In this document: positions 12,447 to 26,012 of the stretch, one piece after another | How positions within the stretch are numbered: the first letter of the stretch is position 1 | Layout: every line of letters begins with the position of its first letter | Source: Eledone cirrhosa | Lineage: Eukaryota | DNA length: 64,000 bases | Reading direction: 5' to 3' | Assembly (NCBI GenBank): GCA_964016885.1 | Contig: OZ024742.1 | Span: 172,484,001 to 172,548,000, forward strand | The notes under the pieces: model-generated | The model's input: the letters and a program-made list of their open reading frames with translations, nothing else | Database searches by the model: none | What the model was told of the DNA's origin: nothing | Made by a program: the position numbers and the translations under genes

Positions 12447-13063
12447 GGGGGGGGGGGGGGGGGGGTATGTGTGTGTGCGTGCGTGTGTGTGATGGCTACA
12501 ACTCCATTTTGACTAATGCCATCTCTAGATAGTTAAGCATGAGACGTAGCTTTTTAGGACTGCTGGGGACTTGCCTATGGCCAACAATGCCATGCATCGC
12601 AACAAAAGTCACATATCAAGCGATACCTGTGCTTGAAGCTTTTTTAAGTTAGGAAACGCTTTGCACGGGGCCAATCCCACTCTCTGAACATCGAATGCAT
12701 TTGCCTAAAATGAATAACTGGTCCATATCATCAGATGGAAAAGAAATCACAGGTTTTACATCAGAGTGACCTTCTTCTAGAGAGATGTCTTAATGAAGAT
12801 TAGGGGGGCTCTCTTATTACAAAACAAAAAAAAAATACCTTATTGGATGGCCGCCGACCCTCCAGAGTTCCTCCATTACTTCTGCCCTTTGACATATTTT
12901 GTTTTCCATCCCCCAGGGTATCGAAATTCACCCTCCTCACAAGCCTGTTGGGGTTGGCGCTTCAGTGGCCGACGATCCGAGCATCCATAGGTTTTACTGC
13001 GTTACATGTTACCAGTAGTGTTGAAGAGCGACCAGATCCTCCTCCTCCTCCTCCTCCTCCTCC

Positions 13064-13064
<1 letters not shown>

Positions 13065-13103
<39 letters not shown>

Positions 13104-13575
13104 AAGCATCATCATTTTACGTCCGCTTTTCTCTGCTTGCAAGGGTGGAACGGGTCCTATTCAACACGGCATATTTCCATTCATCACGGTCCTTCGTCAT
13201 CTCCTCCGTGAGATTCAGCGATCTGTGGTCCGCTCTCACCAACTCCGCCCATGTTTTTCGTGGTCTTCTTCTACTGCGTCTCCCTCCTACTGTGATTTCA
13301 TGGCACTTCTTTATCCAGCTGTCATCCTCCATGCGCATCACATGCCTATACCATCGCAGTCTTCCCTCCTGCACACTACAACTTATCCCTCTTATACACA
13401 GTTTCTCCCTCATCTCATCTATTCTTGGTCCTTCACGCACATTGACATTGCACATCCAACGGAGCATGCTTGCTTCATTTCGCTCCAGCCGTCGCATATC
13501 CTCCGCAGTTGCTGCCCATGTCTCACTACCATGCAGCATCATGCATCTCACACAGGCATCATATAACCGGGATTT
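13065..13575 (-). pseudogene. 5'-truncated RTE-clade LINE with (ATG)n tail
   Basis: LYDACVRCMMLHGSETW..LERNEASMLRWMC..RLRWYRHVMRM..GRRSRRRPRKTW, typical RTE C-terminus; trinucleotide tail at 13065-13115. Confidence 0.85.
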
Positions 13576-13604
13576 CGTTACATATAAATATATATGTGTG
13601 AGTG

Positions 13605-13694
<90 letters not shown>

Positions 13695-13696
13695 AC

Positions 13697-14167
13697 ATAT
13701 AAAACAATCGAATCTAAGTTTAATACATTTAATTGCAGACAATTGTTTCTTCCAGACGAATGTCTGGTTTCATCGGAATATAGAGAATGTTTAAACAGGT
13801 AGTTAAAATCCTAGTCTTCAGAACATTGATATAGATCCAAAACTATTGCCAGTGTTATTGACGTCATATAGAAAAGCAGGAGTTACAAAAGGAATATTGA
13901 GCATATTATATATAAAATATTGATTAAGGTAATACATGTGCAAAAGGTACAAGGAAAAAAGACGTCAGATAAGATAGATAAAAAATATTATAGCATTGAA
14001 AAGCTATGACACTGGCAATAGTTTTGTATCTATATAAATGTTCTGAAGACTAGGATTTTAACTACCTGTTTAAACATTCTCTATGCTCCGATGATTCCAG
14101 ACATTCGTTTGTAAGAACCAATTGTCAGCAGTTAAATGTAATAGACTAAGAGTTGATTGCTTTATAT
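13697..14167. repeat. Inverted duplication (about 160-bp arms) carrying a hammerhead motif in each arm
   Basis: 13697-13858 vs 14006-14167; two-arm consensus TGCT-CCGATGA-TTCCAGAC attc GTCTGGAA-GAAAC aatt GTC-AGCA. Confidence 0.8.
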
Positions 14168-14307
14168 TAAAGTAAGATTTGATTGCTAATACGTTTGATA
14201 ATTTACATTGAGCCTTTTCTCTTAGCGGGAATTGGCTAGTGTTTAGTACTCCCCTCCATATTTATAATTGTATATAAGCCATATATAAGTATAAATATTA
14301 TTATTAT

Positions 14308-14366
<59 letters not shown>

Positions 14367-14507
14367 GTATAGGATTATCCTAGAAGCAGTAATGGTTAAC
14401 TACTACACTGGATATGGTTGACGTACGGTGAGAGGTTACTCAACGAGTTATGTAAGAATTGTTGAAGAAACTTAGTTCCTGATCCTACTGTATTCCGGAG
14501 TGTAGAT

Positions 14508-14826
14508 AAAGAATTAATAATAACAGGTAGACATCATAAAAAGGTAATTTATTCCGTGTGCTTACAAATGTTTCCACGGTGGTAATACAGCCTAGTTATG
14601 CTATGTGCAAATTTACAACTATTTGCAGAACTCAAATATCAAAGATTGTACATTTTAACCATTCTGCTCTGATGATACAGTGGTCACAGCATTTGGTATT
14701 TGAGTTCTGCAAGCAGTTGTAAATTTGCACATAGCACAACTAGGCTTTATTACCACCGTTGAATCATTTGTAAGCACACGGAATAAATTACCTTTTTATG
14801 ATGTCTACATGTTATTATTCATTCTT

Positions 14827-14827
<1 letters not shown>
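14508..14827. repeat. Inverted duplication (about 135-bp arms) ending at (TA)n
   Basis: 14508-14643 vs 14692-14827. Confidence 0.85.
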
Positions 14828-14914
<87 letters not shown>

Positions 14915-15452
14915 TATATGTATGTGTGTGTGTGCGCGTTTGTATATATGTATGTGTACGTGTGTGTATATATACGTGTTTGTGTATAACCTATAATTAA
15001 AACATTTTAACGAATTAAAACATTTGTATATTTCATCGTTTCTGAGACGTTAATCTATTGGCTTCCTGTGTACTATTTAATTTAGAAATACATTCAGTTG
15101 AGGTATAACCAACAGCTGCATATTATTTATTACCTACTGAATCATGAGATAATAAGGAAAGAAGCAATAACAACACAATACAGAAAATAAGATAACAACA
15201 AACACAAACTTTCAATAGGAATTGTAACAACGATCCGAATACCACAAAACAGATATTGAGCATTCAATCCAATATTAACTACCTGTATAGATAATGTGTC
15301 TTTGTAGGAAAGTTAATTATTGATTATTGATAATAGTTAACACATTAGCAGACACTGTTTCCCGCAAAAAAATCACAAATAATGACACGCGCGCACAGGG
15401 CCCCACCCCCACCCCCACCCCCACCCCCACACATACATATACACACATACGT

Positions 15453-15544
<92 letters not shown>

Positions 15545-17197
15545 AAACTATTCGTCTGGCGTTAGAATAAGTATATATAAAATTATGGTTTTCAGTGACT
15601 ATTCTATGATGAATAGGTTATTTTAGCAGGCATATATTGTCTCTTCAGAAAATGATATAGCTGATATTAAATGAGATGATTTATATTGGTTTTTACCAAT
15701 ATAATTCATGATTCCATCCAATATTGGATTAAACAAAACGCAAGCATTTTATTTGTTTCATTTCTGATTATAATAAGTAGACTGTTTGACAGATTTCATT
15801 TCCCTTCCTTCTAAGTCGTAGGTTTTCAAGTAGAGCAAAATATATTAAAAACGAATTAAAATTAGCGAGGGTTTATTTTAAGAAAAGTTTTTTTGTTCCT
15901 TTATATCAAGTTATCTTATGTTTGTTTGAACGTGGAACTCCCGGTGAAATCATTCGATTTCCACAGTGACATACGAAGTAAACTGGTGTGGTTTTACGCT
16001 GGTGGAGCCGAGTCTACCCCGGGTTTGAACAAATCCGTTTTCCTCTGCAGAATGCTGGCTTGTTATACAGCGGGGACGGGAAACAGATATCGGGATAAAA
16101 TCCATCTTATTAACGGAAAGGCAAAGGTAATCTCGGTGGTATTTGAACTAAGAGAGTGGGAGAGAGTGCTGGAGAGAATAACGCATGTCATTATAATTAT
16201 GTTTTAACGATTTGGTCAACACGCCGACAGATTTTAATTTGAGTTTTACGCCTGTTTTGAAGGAACAAATTGTTGTGAATTTTGACGTAATTTAATATTT
16301 GTCTGGTGATAGACCTTTAACAAGATCCAGTTGTATTGCATGATCTAAAGAATACTGTATCACAAGAACATGGATATAGAGAATAAGTATAGGGAATAAG
16401 TGTAGAAAAGTTGTACCATTTAAAAGGCATTAGGTCATTTCATTTTATTTCTTATTTATCTGGTCTTTAACAGAGCAGATTTATGGTCAAAACGTGTGGC
16501 ATATGTAACCGCTCCTTGCATTTGAATATCAGTGTCTGTATTATCCAATATACTTACAAATTTAGATGCTAAACAGCGGGGATTTAATAAAAGTTTTGCT
16601 AATAAATCTATCTGGTTGAGTTGCCATATTGCAGTTGTTATTGATAGATTAGTAGTAATAGCTGATGTAGTATCAATATATGTAGTAATTTTAGTGCTGA
16701 TATTGGTCGCGATAAAAAAGGTGGTTATGATGGAGTCAATATTGACGAATCGGGTACTCGATCTTCAATCGAATCTATTGGAAGCACTTGAATGTTCTTT
16801 GAAACACGTTCGACACATTAGAGAGAAATAACGATTATTGGCAAAATAAGCGAATTATAAAATGTATTCTTACATATACATACATGTATAAATATGTGTA
16901 AACACACTGACACAGATATGTACGTATGTGTCTCAGTATATATATACATATATATACATATAATATATATATACATATATATATGGGTGTGTGTGTGTGC
17001 GTGCATATTTATATGTATGTATGTATGTGTTTTTAGTTAGCTAGTTAGTTAGCATCATAACAATTTCGACTCCAGAAACATTTAAAAGGAATAATAATAA
17101 AAACAAAAAGAAATAGGAAATAAAATTAAACGACCAAAAATAGTAACGAAATAAAAGAATATAAATTATCACAATACACAATAATAATGCCAATAAT

Positions 17198-17587
17198 AAT
17201 TGTTTCTACATTTGGCACAAGGCCAGCAATTAACCAGTGTATTACTGGTACTTTATTTTATCTACCCCGTAAGGATGAAAGGCAAAGTCAACCTCGGCGG
17301 GATTTGAACTCAGATCGTAAAGGGATGTAACTATGCTGGAAAGCATGGCGTCCGACCCTCTACCGATACTGCCAATCCAAATAATAATACCAATAATAAT
17401 TGTTTCTACATTTGGCACAAGGTCAGCAATTAACCAGTGTATTACTGGTACTTTATTTTATCGACCCCGTAAGGACGAAAGGCAAAGTTAACCTCGGCGG
17501 AATTTGAACTCAGAATGGAAAGGGCAGTAACTATTTACGTCAAAGCTTAGCGTCCGACCCTCTAGTGATACTGCCAATCCACCGCCT
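17198..17587 (-). mobile_element. Tandem pair of tRNA-derived SINEs
   Basis: Copies at about 17198-17378 and 17397-17587, each preceded by CCAATAATAAT. Confidence 0.8.
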
Positions 17588-17718
17588 TAACAATAATAAT
17601 GATAATAATACTATATATATATAAATACACAAACATACACACACGCCACACATATACACACACGCACACCCACGCACACCCACACCCAAACACCAACACA
17701 CACACATATATATATATG

Positions 17719-17760
<42 letters not shown>

Positions 17761-17763
<3 letters not shown>

Positions 17764-17964
17764 CGGAGGAAATGTGGTAAGGAACCAAGTGGACCATAAC
17801 ACACCAAAGTACTCAATACTTAGGGTAGTAGAGTGGGTAATAGAAACGAGTAGGACCTCGACGGCTGGGCTCAAGCCGTTCCGACGGCTAATTCTGAGTT
17901 CTAGTTCTAGTCTAGAATTACCCTTCGAAACGACTTGAGCTCAGCCGTCGGGGTCCCACTCGTT

Positions 17965-17970
<6 letters not shown>
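17761..17970. repeat. (TA)n-embedded short element with internal inverted repeat; relatives at about 46501-46662 and 52575-52650
   Basis: GGAAATGTGGTAAGGAACC...AGTACTCAATACTTAGGGTAGTAG shared; arms 17840-17895 vs 17914-17970. Confidence 0.75.
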
Positions 17971-18042
<72 letters not shown>

Positions 18043-18046
18043 TGTA

Positions 18047-18166
<120 letters not shown>

Positions 18167-18682
18167 GTAAACAATTTACCACATTCTGAGAAGTGGTATG
18201 AGCATAAGCCAGAGGCGGTGATGGAGAACGATCAGGTGAAGGTGCTGTGGGATTTTAGGATACAGACGGACAAGAAACTGGAGCACAATAGACCTGACCT
18301 GGTGGTTGTGGACAATGAAAAAAGATCGTGCCTGATTGTGGATGTGGCCTGCCCACTCGATACGAGAGGGCAAGAGAAGGTGAGGGAGAAAATTAACCGA
18401 TACCAGGACTTAAAGTGGGAGGTAAAAAGGATTTGGAACTGCCATGAAGTCAAAGTGATCCCGATTGTCATAGGCGGACTAGGGACTATCTCAAAAAGTT
18501 TCCAGGGATGGTTAAAGAAAATGGCCCCTCCACGCTTTTTGGAACGCTTCAAAAGGCATGCTTGCTGGGAACAGCAAGAACCCTCCGATACGTCCTGAAT
18601 ATCTGAGGCTGCAGGTAGTGGCTTGATATTCATTTCAACAAACTTTCCAGTTAACTAACATCAGTGACTGGGACTCAAGGAG
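18167..18682 (+). pseudogene. 5'-truncated R4/Dong-type LINE copy in (TAA)n
   Basis: Homologous to 21786-22301, 1-nt frameshift near 18521, flanked by (TAA)n on both sides. Confidence 0.9.
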
Positions 18683-18689
18683 TAATAAC

Positions 18690-18737
<48 letters not shown>

Positions 18738-18739
<2 letters not shown>

Positions 18740-21700
18740 TGGCGGATCCACAGATGGCTATGTAAACATACATACGCCAATCCTCGATAAGAGTGTTTAA
18801 ATATCGAACATAAACAGTTCGAATAACGGTGAAATGGAGACTAGAACGTCATGTGACAGACTCTCACCCAACAGGTGCCCCCTGGCTCAGCAGCAGGAAC
18901 CTGACTGTCAACCAAATACTGCTGATGTTGGAGGAAGAAGAAGAAGGAAAGGGGCCAGAACCAACTGGATGAAAGAATTGAATAGAACTGTTATGCAATG
19001 CTACCTGAAAAGTAACCCCAAGGAGAGGGGCTACAGGAGACGGATGCATAACATCTGGAACGAGATTGGTTTATTTAAATTAGATGAACAAAAATTGGCC
19101 GGGCAGGCTCGGGTAATAAGAACTAATGGGTGGATAAGCGAGCTGGAACTGGAGGAACTGAGCAGAGAGAATGGCTTGGAGATGGCGGGTGTAGTATGCC
19201 AGACAAGCGAGCCGGCGGGAAATGAAGGTGAGGAGGTCCTGAGAACGGAGGAACCACCCGAAGCAGACAATGATCTGAATACTGAGATAAATAATACCTG
19301 GAACAGAGATACGGCCACTGAGGAGATGAATGCTGACGGGCTAGGACAAGATTCGGTTGACATCCTAAATTTAGTGGTAGATGAGTTGAACAATGATAGT
19401 GGGAGACCTATGAACCTAAGATTTGTAGACAGGAAAAAGTTAAAAGAAACAACAGCTAAGGTAAACAAAGTCATCCCATACCTTGAGGCGAGGAGTCTTC
19501 ACCAGTGCAACAATATCCTCAAAGCAACAGCAAATACGGTGAGGAAACTACTTGGTATAAAAGCGAGAGGAAACAACAGACAAGAAAGAGCAGAGCCGTG
19601 GTGGAAGAAGCGACTGAGTGGGCAAATCGGGGAAATGAGAAATGACATAGGAAAGCTTGAGTCACTACTGAATGGGACACTAAAAAACATAGGCACTAAA
19701 AATAGACTGGAAATAAAATACAAAACTAGGAGTAAAAAGCTAAATATTATCATAGAGAAATTGAAGCAACGCATTGTAGCAAAGAGTGCCAAAATCAGGC
19801 GATACGAGAACAGAGTCAGTCAGTATAAACAGAACCGCATGTTCGACAACAACCAGAAGATGCTGTTTGGACAGCTTGAGGGGAAAGAAAGAGGCAACGA
19901 CTTGATCCCTGGGGCGGAACAAGCTAAAACATTCTGGAGAGGAATATGGGAGCAGGATGTTAGACACAATGCCCAGGCAGGGTGGATTGAGACAGTACAG
20001 AGGGAGATCGGTGAGCAGGCACAGCAACAGACTGATTTGAGTATCACAGTTGAAACTCTTAAGGGGCAAGCCAAAAAACTAACCAACTGGAAATCACCAG
20101 GCCCAGATGGTGTGCAGGGGTATTGGATTAAACATTTAACATCCCTCCACCCGAAGCTGACGGCCATGTTCAATGACTGCTTGGTGTCGGGTGAGGTGCC
20201 AGAGTGGTTGACAAAAGGTACTACAGTTCTGATAATGAAAGACCGAATCAAGGGTAATGATGTTACCAACTATAGACCTATCACATGTCTGCCCGTAATG
20301 TGGAAACTGTTGACGAGCATTGTGTCTGAGGAAATCTACCATCACCTCCACACAAACAACTTGTTGCCGGACGAACAGAAAGGATGCCGAAAGAAGTCAC
20401 GTGGTACAAAGGACCAGTTGCTTATTGATAAGATGGTAATGGGGAATTGCAGGAGGAGACACACTGATCTTGCCATGGGATGGATAGACTACAGAAAGGC
20501 ATTTGACATGGTGCCTCATTCCTGGATCACCAAAAGCCTGGAGATCTTCAGGGTGGCAGATAACATCAGACAGTTGCTGGGCAGGAGTATGGGGTCCTGG
20601 GAGACAGAGTTGACATCAACTGGAGTATCCTTGGGAAGCGTGAAGATCAAGAGAGGTATCTTCCAGGGAGATAGCCTGTCTCCTCTGTTGTTTGTCCTTG
20701 CCCTGATGCCCTTGACCATTATGCTGCGAAAAGTGAGAGCAGGATACAAGTTGGGAAGGGGAGAGCTTACCATCAATCACCTCCTCTTCATGGACGATCT
20801 TAAGCTCTTCGGGAAAAGTGAGAAGGAGTTGGATGTGCTTGTTGACACTGTCCGTATTTTCAGCAGTGATATATGTATGCAGTTTGGTATTGGTAAATGT
20901 GGAGTCATTGTGATGAGGAGGGGTAGGTTGAGCAGAAATAACGGGATCCAGATACCAACAGGTGAGATGATAAAGGAAATTGACTCTGAGGAAGGATACA
21001 AGTATTTGGGCGTTCTGGAGGCTGATGGCATAAAGAACAAAAAAATGAAGGAATTGTTAAGAACTGAATACATTCGGAGAGTAAGGAGCGTATTGAAGTC
21101 ACATCTGAACAGCAGAAATGCCATAAGCGCAGTAAATTCCCGAGCTGTGTCTATTATTAGGTACAGTGCGGGAATTCTGAGATGGAATGTTGCTGAACAA
21201 AAAGAAATGGATAGGAAGACTAGGAAGCTATTGACTATCTACAACATGTTCCACAAGAGGAGTGATGTCGATAGACTCTACCTAAGGAGATCTGAGGGTG
21301 GAAGAGGTCTTATCAGCATAGAGGACTGTGTTCGGATGGAGAAAAACAACCTATACAAATACGTGACCTATAGTAAGGAGCCAATGCTCAGAGCTGTACT
21401 GAAGGAGGGGACAGTAGGCCAGGGGATACCCAAGGAGGAAATAACATCAAGGAGGAAGAGCAGCCTTAAGGGAAAATCCCTTCATAGTACCTTCTTTGAG
21501 AAAACTGAATTTAGAGATCCACAGACATGGAACTGGTTGAGAAGAGGAGACCTCAAAAAGGCTACAGAAGGAATGCTAATGGCTGCGCAGGAGCAGGCCC
21601 TCAAAACGAAGTGGTTGAAGCACCATATCTACAAGGAGGAGGCTAGCCCACTGTGCAGGATCTGTGGAGAGAGAGAGGAGACTGTGGCTCACATTGTGTC

Positions 21701-22301
21701 CGAGTGTAAACACCTAGCCCAGACCCACTATAAGGGCTGGAGACACGATGTGATGGGCAGGGTGATCCACTGGCACCTGTGCAAAGTAAACAATCTACCA
21801 CATTCTGAGAAATGGTATGAGCATAGGCCAGAGGCAGTGATGGAGAACAGTCAGGTGAAGGTGCTGTGGGATTTTAGGATACAGACGGACAAAAAACTGG
21901 AACACAATAGACCTGACCTGGTGGTTGTGGACAAAGAAAAAAGATCGTGCCTGATTGTGGATGTGGCCTGCCCGTTCGACACGAGAGTGCAAGAGAAGGA
22001 GAGGGAGAAAATTAACCGATACCAGGACCTAAAGTGGGAGGTGAAAAGGATTTGGAACTGCCATGAAGTCAAAGTGATCCCGATTGTCATAGGCGCACTG
22101 GGGACTATCTCCAAAGGTTTCCAGGGATGGTTAAAGAAAATCGGCCCCTTCACGCTTTTTGGAACGCTTCAAAAGGCATGCTTGCTTGGAACGGCAAGAA
22201 CCCTCCGATACGTCCTGAATATCTGAGGCTGCAGGTAGTGGCTTGATATTCAATCCAACGGACTTTCCAGTTAACCAAAATCAATGACTGAGATTCAAGG
22301 A
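18738..22301 (+). mobile_element. Apparently full-length R4/Dong-clade non-LTR retrotransposon in (TAA)n
   Basis: Single RT-RLE ORF with short UTRs between (TAA)n tracts; Dong elements are known TAA-repeat targeters. Confidence 0.85.
18834..22226 (+). CDS. RT + CCHC zinc knuckle + restriction-like endonuclease, 1130 aa, uninterrupted
   Basis: KSPGPDG, YRPITCL, WIDYRKAFD, GIFQGDSLSP, LLFMDDLKL, YKYLG; [36 protein letters not shown]. Confidence 0.95.
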   Translation: METRTSCDRLSPNRCPLAQQQEPDCQPNTADVGGRRRRKGARTNWMKELNRTVMQCYLKSNPKERGYRRRMHNIWNEIGLFKLDEQKLAGQARVIRTNGWISELELEELSRENGLEMAGVVCQTSEPAGNEGEEVLRTEEPPEADNDLNTEINNTWNRDTATEEMNADGLGQDSVDILNLVVDELNNDSGRPMNLRFVDRKKLKETTAKVNKVIPYLEARSLHQCNNILKATANTVRKLLGIKARGNNRQERAEPWWKKRLSGQIGEMRNDIGKLESLLNGTLKNIGTKNRLEIKYKTRSKKLNIIIEKLKQRIVAKSAKIRRYENRVSQYKQNRMFDNNQKMLFGQLEGKERGNDLIPGAEQAKTFWRGIWEQDVRHNAQAGWIETVQREIGEQAQQQTDLSITVETLKGQAKKLTNWKSPGPDGVQGYWIKHLTSLHPKLTAMFNDCLVSGEVPEWLTKGTTVLIMKDRIKGNDVTNYRPITCLPVMWKLLTSIVSEEIYHHLHTNNLLPDEQKGCRKKSRGTKDQLLIDKMVMGNCRRRHTDLAMGWIDYRKAFDMVPHSWITKSLEIFRVADNIRQLLGRSMGSWETELTSTGVSLGSVKIKRGIFQGDSLSPLLFVLALMPLTIMLRKVRAGYKLGRGELTINHLLFMDDLKLFGKSEKELDVLVDTVRIFSSDICMQFGIGKCGVIVMRRGRLSRNNGIQIPTGEMIKEIDSEEGYKYLGVLEADGIKNKKMKELLRTEYIRRVRSVLKSHLNSRNAISAVNSRAVSIIRYSAGILRWNVAEQKEMDRKTRKLLTIYNMFHKRSDVDRLYLRRSEGGRGLISIEDCVRMEKNNLYKYVTYSKEPMLRAVLKEGTVGQGIPKEEITSRRKSSLKGKSLHSTFFEKTEFRDPQTWNWLRRGDLKKATEGMLMAAQEQALKTKWLKHHIYKEEASPLCRICGEREETVAHIVSECKHLAQTHYKGWRHDVMGRVIHWHLCKVNNLPHSEKWYEHRPEAVMENSQVKVLWDFRIQTDKKLEHNRPDLVVVDKEKRSCLIVDVACPFDTRVQEKEREKINRYQDLKWEVKRIWNCHEVKVIPIVIGALGTISKGFQGWLKKIGPFTLFGTLQKACLLGTARTLRYVLNI

Positions 22302-22329
22302 ATAACAATAAAAATAATAATAGTAATAA

Positions 22330-24624
22330 TATTAAATTTGAAGACTAAAATCCAAAGAAGGCTCGATAAGGATAAATATATATGAAATATGTAAGAAACT
22401 TAGAGCAAATATTTATTAAAATAACAGATTAAAGTTTACGCAAAGAATCGCTGCTTTCACCCTTAACGGGATCTTTTGAAACTAACAAAGTCGATCAGTA
22501 AACGCAGAAGTGGATATTTCAAAAAACGTTTTAAACGGAGGAAGACAGGAAGACGATACTTTGTTTCGTGCAAACGTTCCATGGCAAAGAAAGGGAAAAA
22601 ACGAATATAATACGTCATATGTGGAGCGTGGAGAATAATTGCACGCAAAGACAAAACCACGTAAATGGTATAGCTGAAGTCGTAGACTAAATTCTAACTA
22701 GGAAACCGAATGAATCTCCGCTTCAGATTTAACAATAAAGTAAATAAATACAATACAGAGGTAATAGAAATTAAATAAATACATACACGCATACAAATAC
22801 GTACATACACAAGCACACTTGAAAACACTTACCATAGGTTTACAAAACCACGCACAAATAAATGTGTGTGTGTGTGCGTGTATACAAATAAATAAATAAT
22901 TAAATAAACGTATATAAATAAATAAATACGTATATAACAAGCGCACACACACATCTGCCTGTAAATACACAAATGTTCGGAGACGTAAGTCAACCAAAAC
23001 ATGCTGTACACATATACACACACCCTACATACGAACGAACCGGCATACTCACACAGATGCAAAACTCCAGTATACACATAACCAAACCATATGTACCAGC
23101 ATATATAAAATTATACGCCATAACATATACAATCAAATATACGTACGAGAAAGTATACGTACCTTCACAAAACATACAGGTAATATATATTTACCTATGC
23201 AAATAAGTAATGGTATAAACAAAACATATACTTAGCTACCATATCAAGACGTAACATATCCACGTATAGATCGTACTATCCGTTAAGATATAACGTGGGG
23301 CTGTAATACAGGAAAGTGTTGTGCAATTTATGTTTACAAGCCGGAATTGCCTCAGATTTTTTTTATTTAATATGTTGTCTGTGGCGTAGAGTATTTCCAG
23401 GGCCTCAGCTTACATGGTCTTTTATTTACGTTATACGATCTCGCCCTAGCTAGGATTTCCCAGTGTAACTTATATTGGGTGTGGTTATCTTTTAGACTCC
23501 AGATATAAGCTGAAAGTGACGTCATATTCCTTCTTAGAGGGTTACGGAAAGAATGGGTATGCATGTAAAGACGCTGCTTGAATCTATTGGCGGTTAACCC
23601 TATGTAGGTCCTACGGGACATGGGTCTTTCAACCTTACATTTGTAGACAATGTTACTAGAGAGGCATTTCCGGGATAGGGGGCAATCAACCCAACTCCTA
23701 CAATTACAGTTAGTAGAAACTACAGGGTTAAACGTGTTCCTACGGCTAGGTAGTTTAGCTAAATTAGAAGCTGTGATGTTATGTGCAAGGTTAGGAGTCG
23801 TAGAGTAAGACATTTTAATAGTAAACCTATTAAAAATGTTACTATGTTTATGTGTAGGGGGAAAATATTTCGTAATAAGGGAAAGAAAGATCTTAGCTAA
23901 TGGTGTGGCCACCTCCATATTATATGGTGGGTTACACCAACAAATGCGACGGGATCTATTTCTTCTAGGTCTATTTTCGTACTCTGTATATGCTACCTTA
24001 TCGACAAATCCACTCCGAGCAAGAGCTTCATTGTAATAAGTGGAATGGTCGTTGAAAATATGCTCGTTAGTAGATAGAAGGGAAAGCCTCAACGAAACGT
24101 TTCTTACCAGGTTCTTGGTTATGCTGGCAGGATGGTTGGAATGCTTACTTATGTAATTAAGCGTATCATTCGGCTTTCTATACGGGTAATACAACCCATT
24201 CGATAAATTGAGGGCAACGTCGAGATAATTAACGACCGAGTGATTGGGCTCAACCTGTATAGAGATGTTGAAGCCTTTAAAGAAGGCTGTGAGTTCTTTT
24301 CTGAACCTGTCGCACGCACAAGGTCCGTCTCTATGAACCACCTAATAGAACATTAGTCTACGACCCCTTTTATACCATAAACGTGGTTCTGTCTTTGCTC
24401 GTAATTGTTATTCACCGCTCCTATGTTTGACGTATTATATTCGTTTTTTCCCGTTCTTTGCCAGGGAACGTTTCCACGAACCAAAGTATCGTATTCTTGT
24501 CTTCCTCCGGTTGCAACGTTTTTTGAAATATCCACTTCTGCGTTTACATATTGACTTTGTTAGTTTCAGAAGAGCCCGTTAAGGGTGAAATCAGCGATTC
24601 TTTGCTTAAACTTTAATCTGTTAT

Positions 24625-24627
<3 letters not shown>
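22330..24627 (-). mobile_element. 5'-truncated Penelope-like element of a different PLE lineage, with inverted pLTR
   Basis: Minus-strand ORF remnant; about 22405-22530 inversely repeated at about 24516-24627; right end abuts (TA)n. Confidence 0.8.
23367..24341 (-). pseudogene. PLE RT-thumb + GIY-YIG fragment
   Basis: NYLDVALNL..YRKPN..SNHP, WCNPPY, CNCR..CPL..CL..IVYKC..YIGLT..FKQR; no catalytic RT core present. Confidence 0.85.
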
Positions 24628-24671
<44 letters not shown>

Positions 24672-24781
24672 TCCAGTTCCTCAGTGAAATAACAACCCAA
24701 CCAGGAACTGGGCATATCAGAGTATTGACAATATTATACACCTCAACAACATATGTACTTGTCTATACCATACTAATTCAA

Positions 24782-24836
24782 ACTGCCTGAAGAGGTCACA
24801 GCCAAAGATGGCTGTCACTGAAATATATATAGCAGT
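24782..24836 (+). ncRNA. Minimal type I hammerhead motif in (TA)n-flanked element 24669-24890
   Basis: ACTGC-CTGAAGA-ggtc ACAGCC aaagat GGCTGT cact-GAAA TATA TA TA-GCAGT; stem I ACTGC/GCAGT; same family forms the palindrome at 45157-45603. Confidence 0.7.
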
Positions 24837-24904
24837 AATAAACGAAGGTAAATTTTAATCATTTGACTTTTTATTTAACTTTATTTTATATATATATATA
24901 TGTA

Positions 24905-24992
<88 letters not shown>

Positions 24993-26012
24993 TATATATG
25001 ATAACTATATCTAATAACTGTATATATGATATAAATATATAAATATTTCAGTAGCCGTTTCAATGACATAGTTGATAGCTCGTGAATATATATCATGTTC
25101 TTTGGTAGAAGAAATCATTAAACATATCCGATTGCTCCAATCGATATTCTATCTAGTCGTTTTATCTAATTTTCTTTCACATTATTATGTCTCTAATTCT
25201 ATAATCCCAGTACGAATCGAAGTGCGAACCTACACATCCGTACAAATATAGAGAATAATTATATACATATATATAATATATATATATATGTATGTATGTA
25301 TTTCGTGTGTGGAGCTCGAAATATGGATCTTAAGACACGTCGAGGGAATAAAGTTAGAAAACTGATATGTTGTATTGAAAGAAGTTTACTCAATATAAAT
25401 CGTGGAGTATGTATATTTTACTCACATATACGAAACTACATTATCTGGAAGTTTATATATGTATATATATATACGTCTCTTCGGGTGACAGCCTCGCGTG
25501 ACAAACACTTGATTAACTGGTGTCATTTATCTGCCCATATTTATATAATGTATGCATGTATGTTTTAATACATAGTAATAAGGTATACACCATCAAAACC
25601 ACGTTTAATGTCTCAGCGAGTGATTTCCACTATTGGACATTTTAACTGATATTAATACATCCTCGGATGTATGGGGTCTTTTTGGTCATATGACCGTTGT
25701 CATCACTGCTTTCAGGTATATGTGAAGCGAAGTATTCTTAGCATACATTCTGACTATGATCGAATGGAGAATAAAAGTGAAAGATCAACCTTTACATCTG
25801 CGGTAATGTTATCGGTTCTGGTATTTAGGCAGGTGTTAGGCTCTAATGAGCACTTCATGATTATTCACCATTCTGAGCTCCAGAAAGACAAACATAAAGA
25901 AAATGACACCCTCTACAAACCAACAGATTCCAAATAACACCTGCTACTGGTGTGACTATAGATCGAGCAAAACAGGTAGAGGGGGGAGGGGGTCACAGCG
26001 GTAAATTCACCA

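Noticed and set aside
16038-16132. Possible host exon (TTTTCCTCTGCAG ... AAG|GTAAT)
   Set aside because: Splice-like signals only; no recognisable peptide or partner exons; needs RNA-seq.
24560-24605. Hammerhead-like CAGAAGA-GCCC..GGGT-GAAA in the pLTR family (also near 63806)
   Set aside because: Core is CAGA, and I found no stem I/III or UH site.
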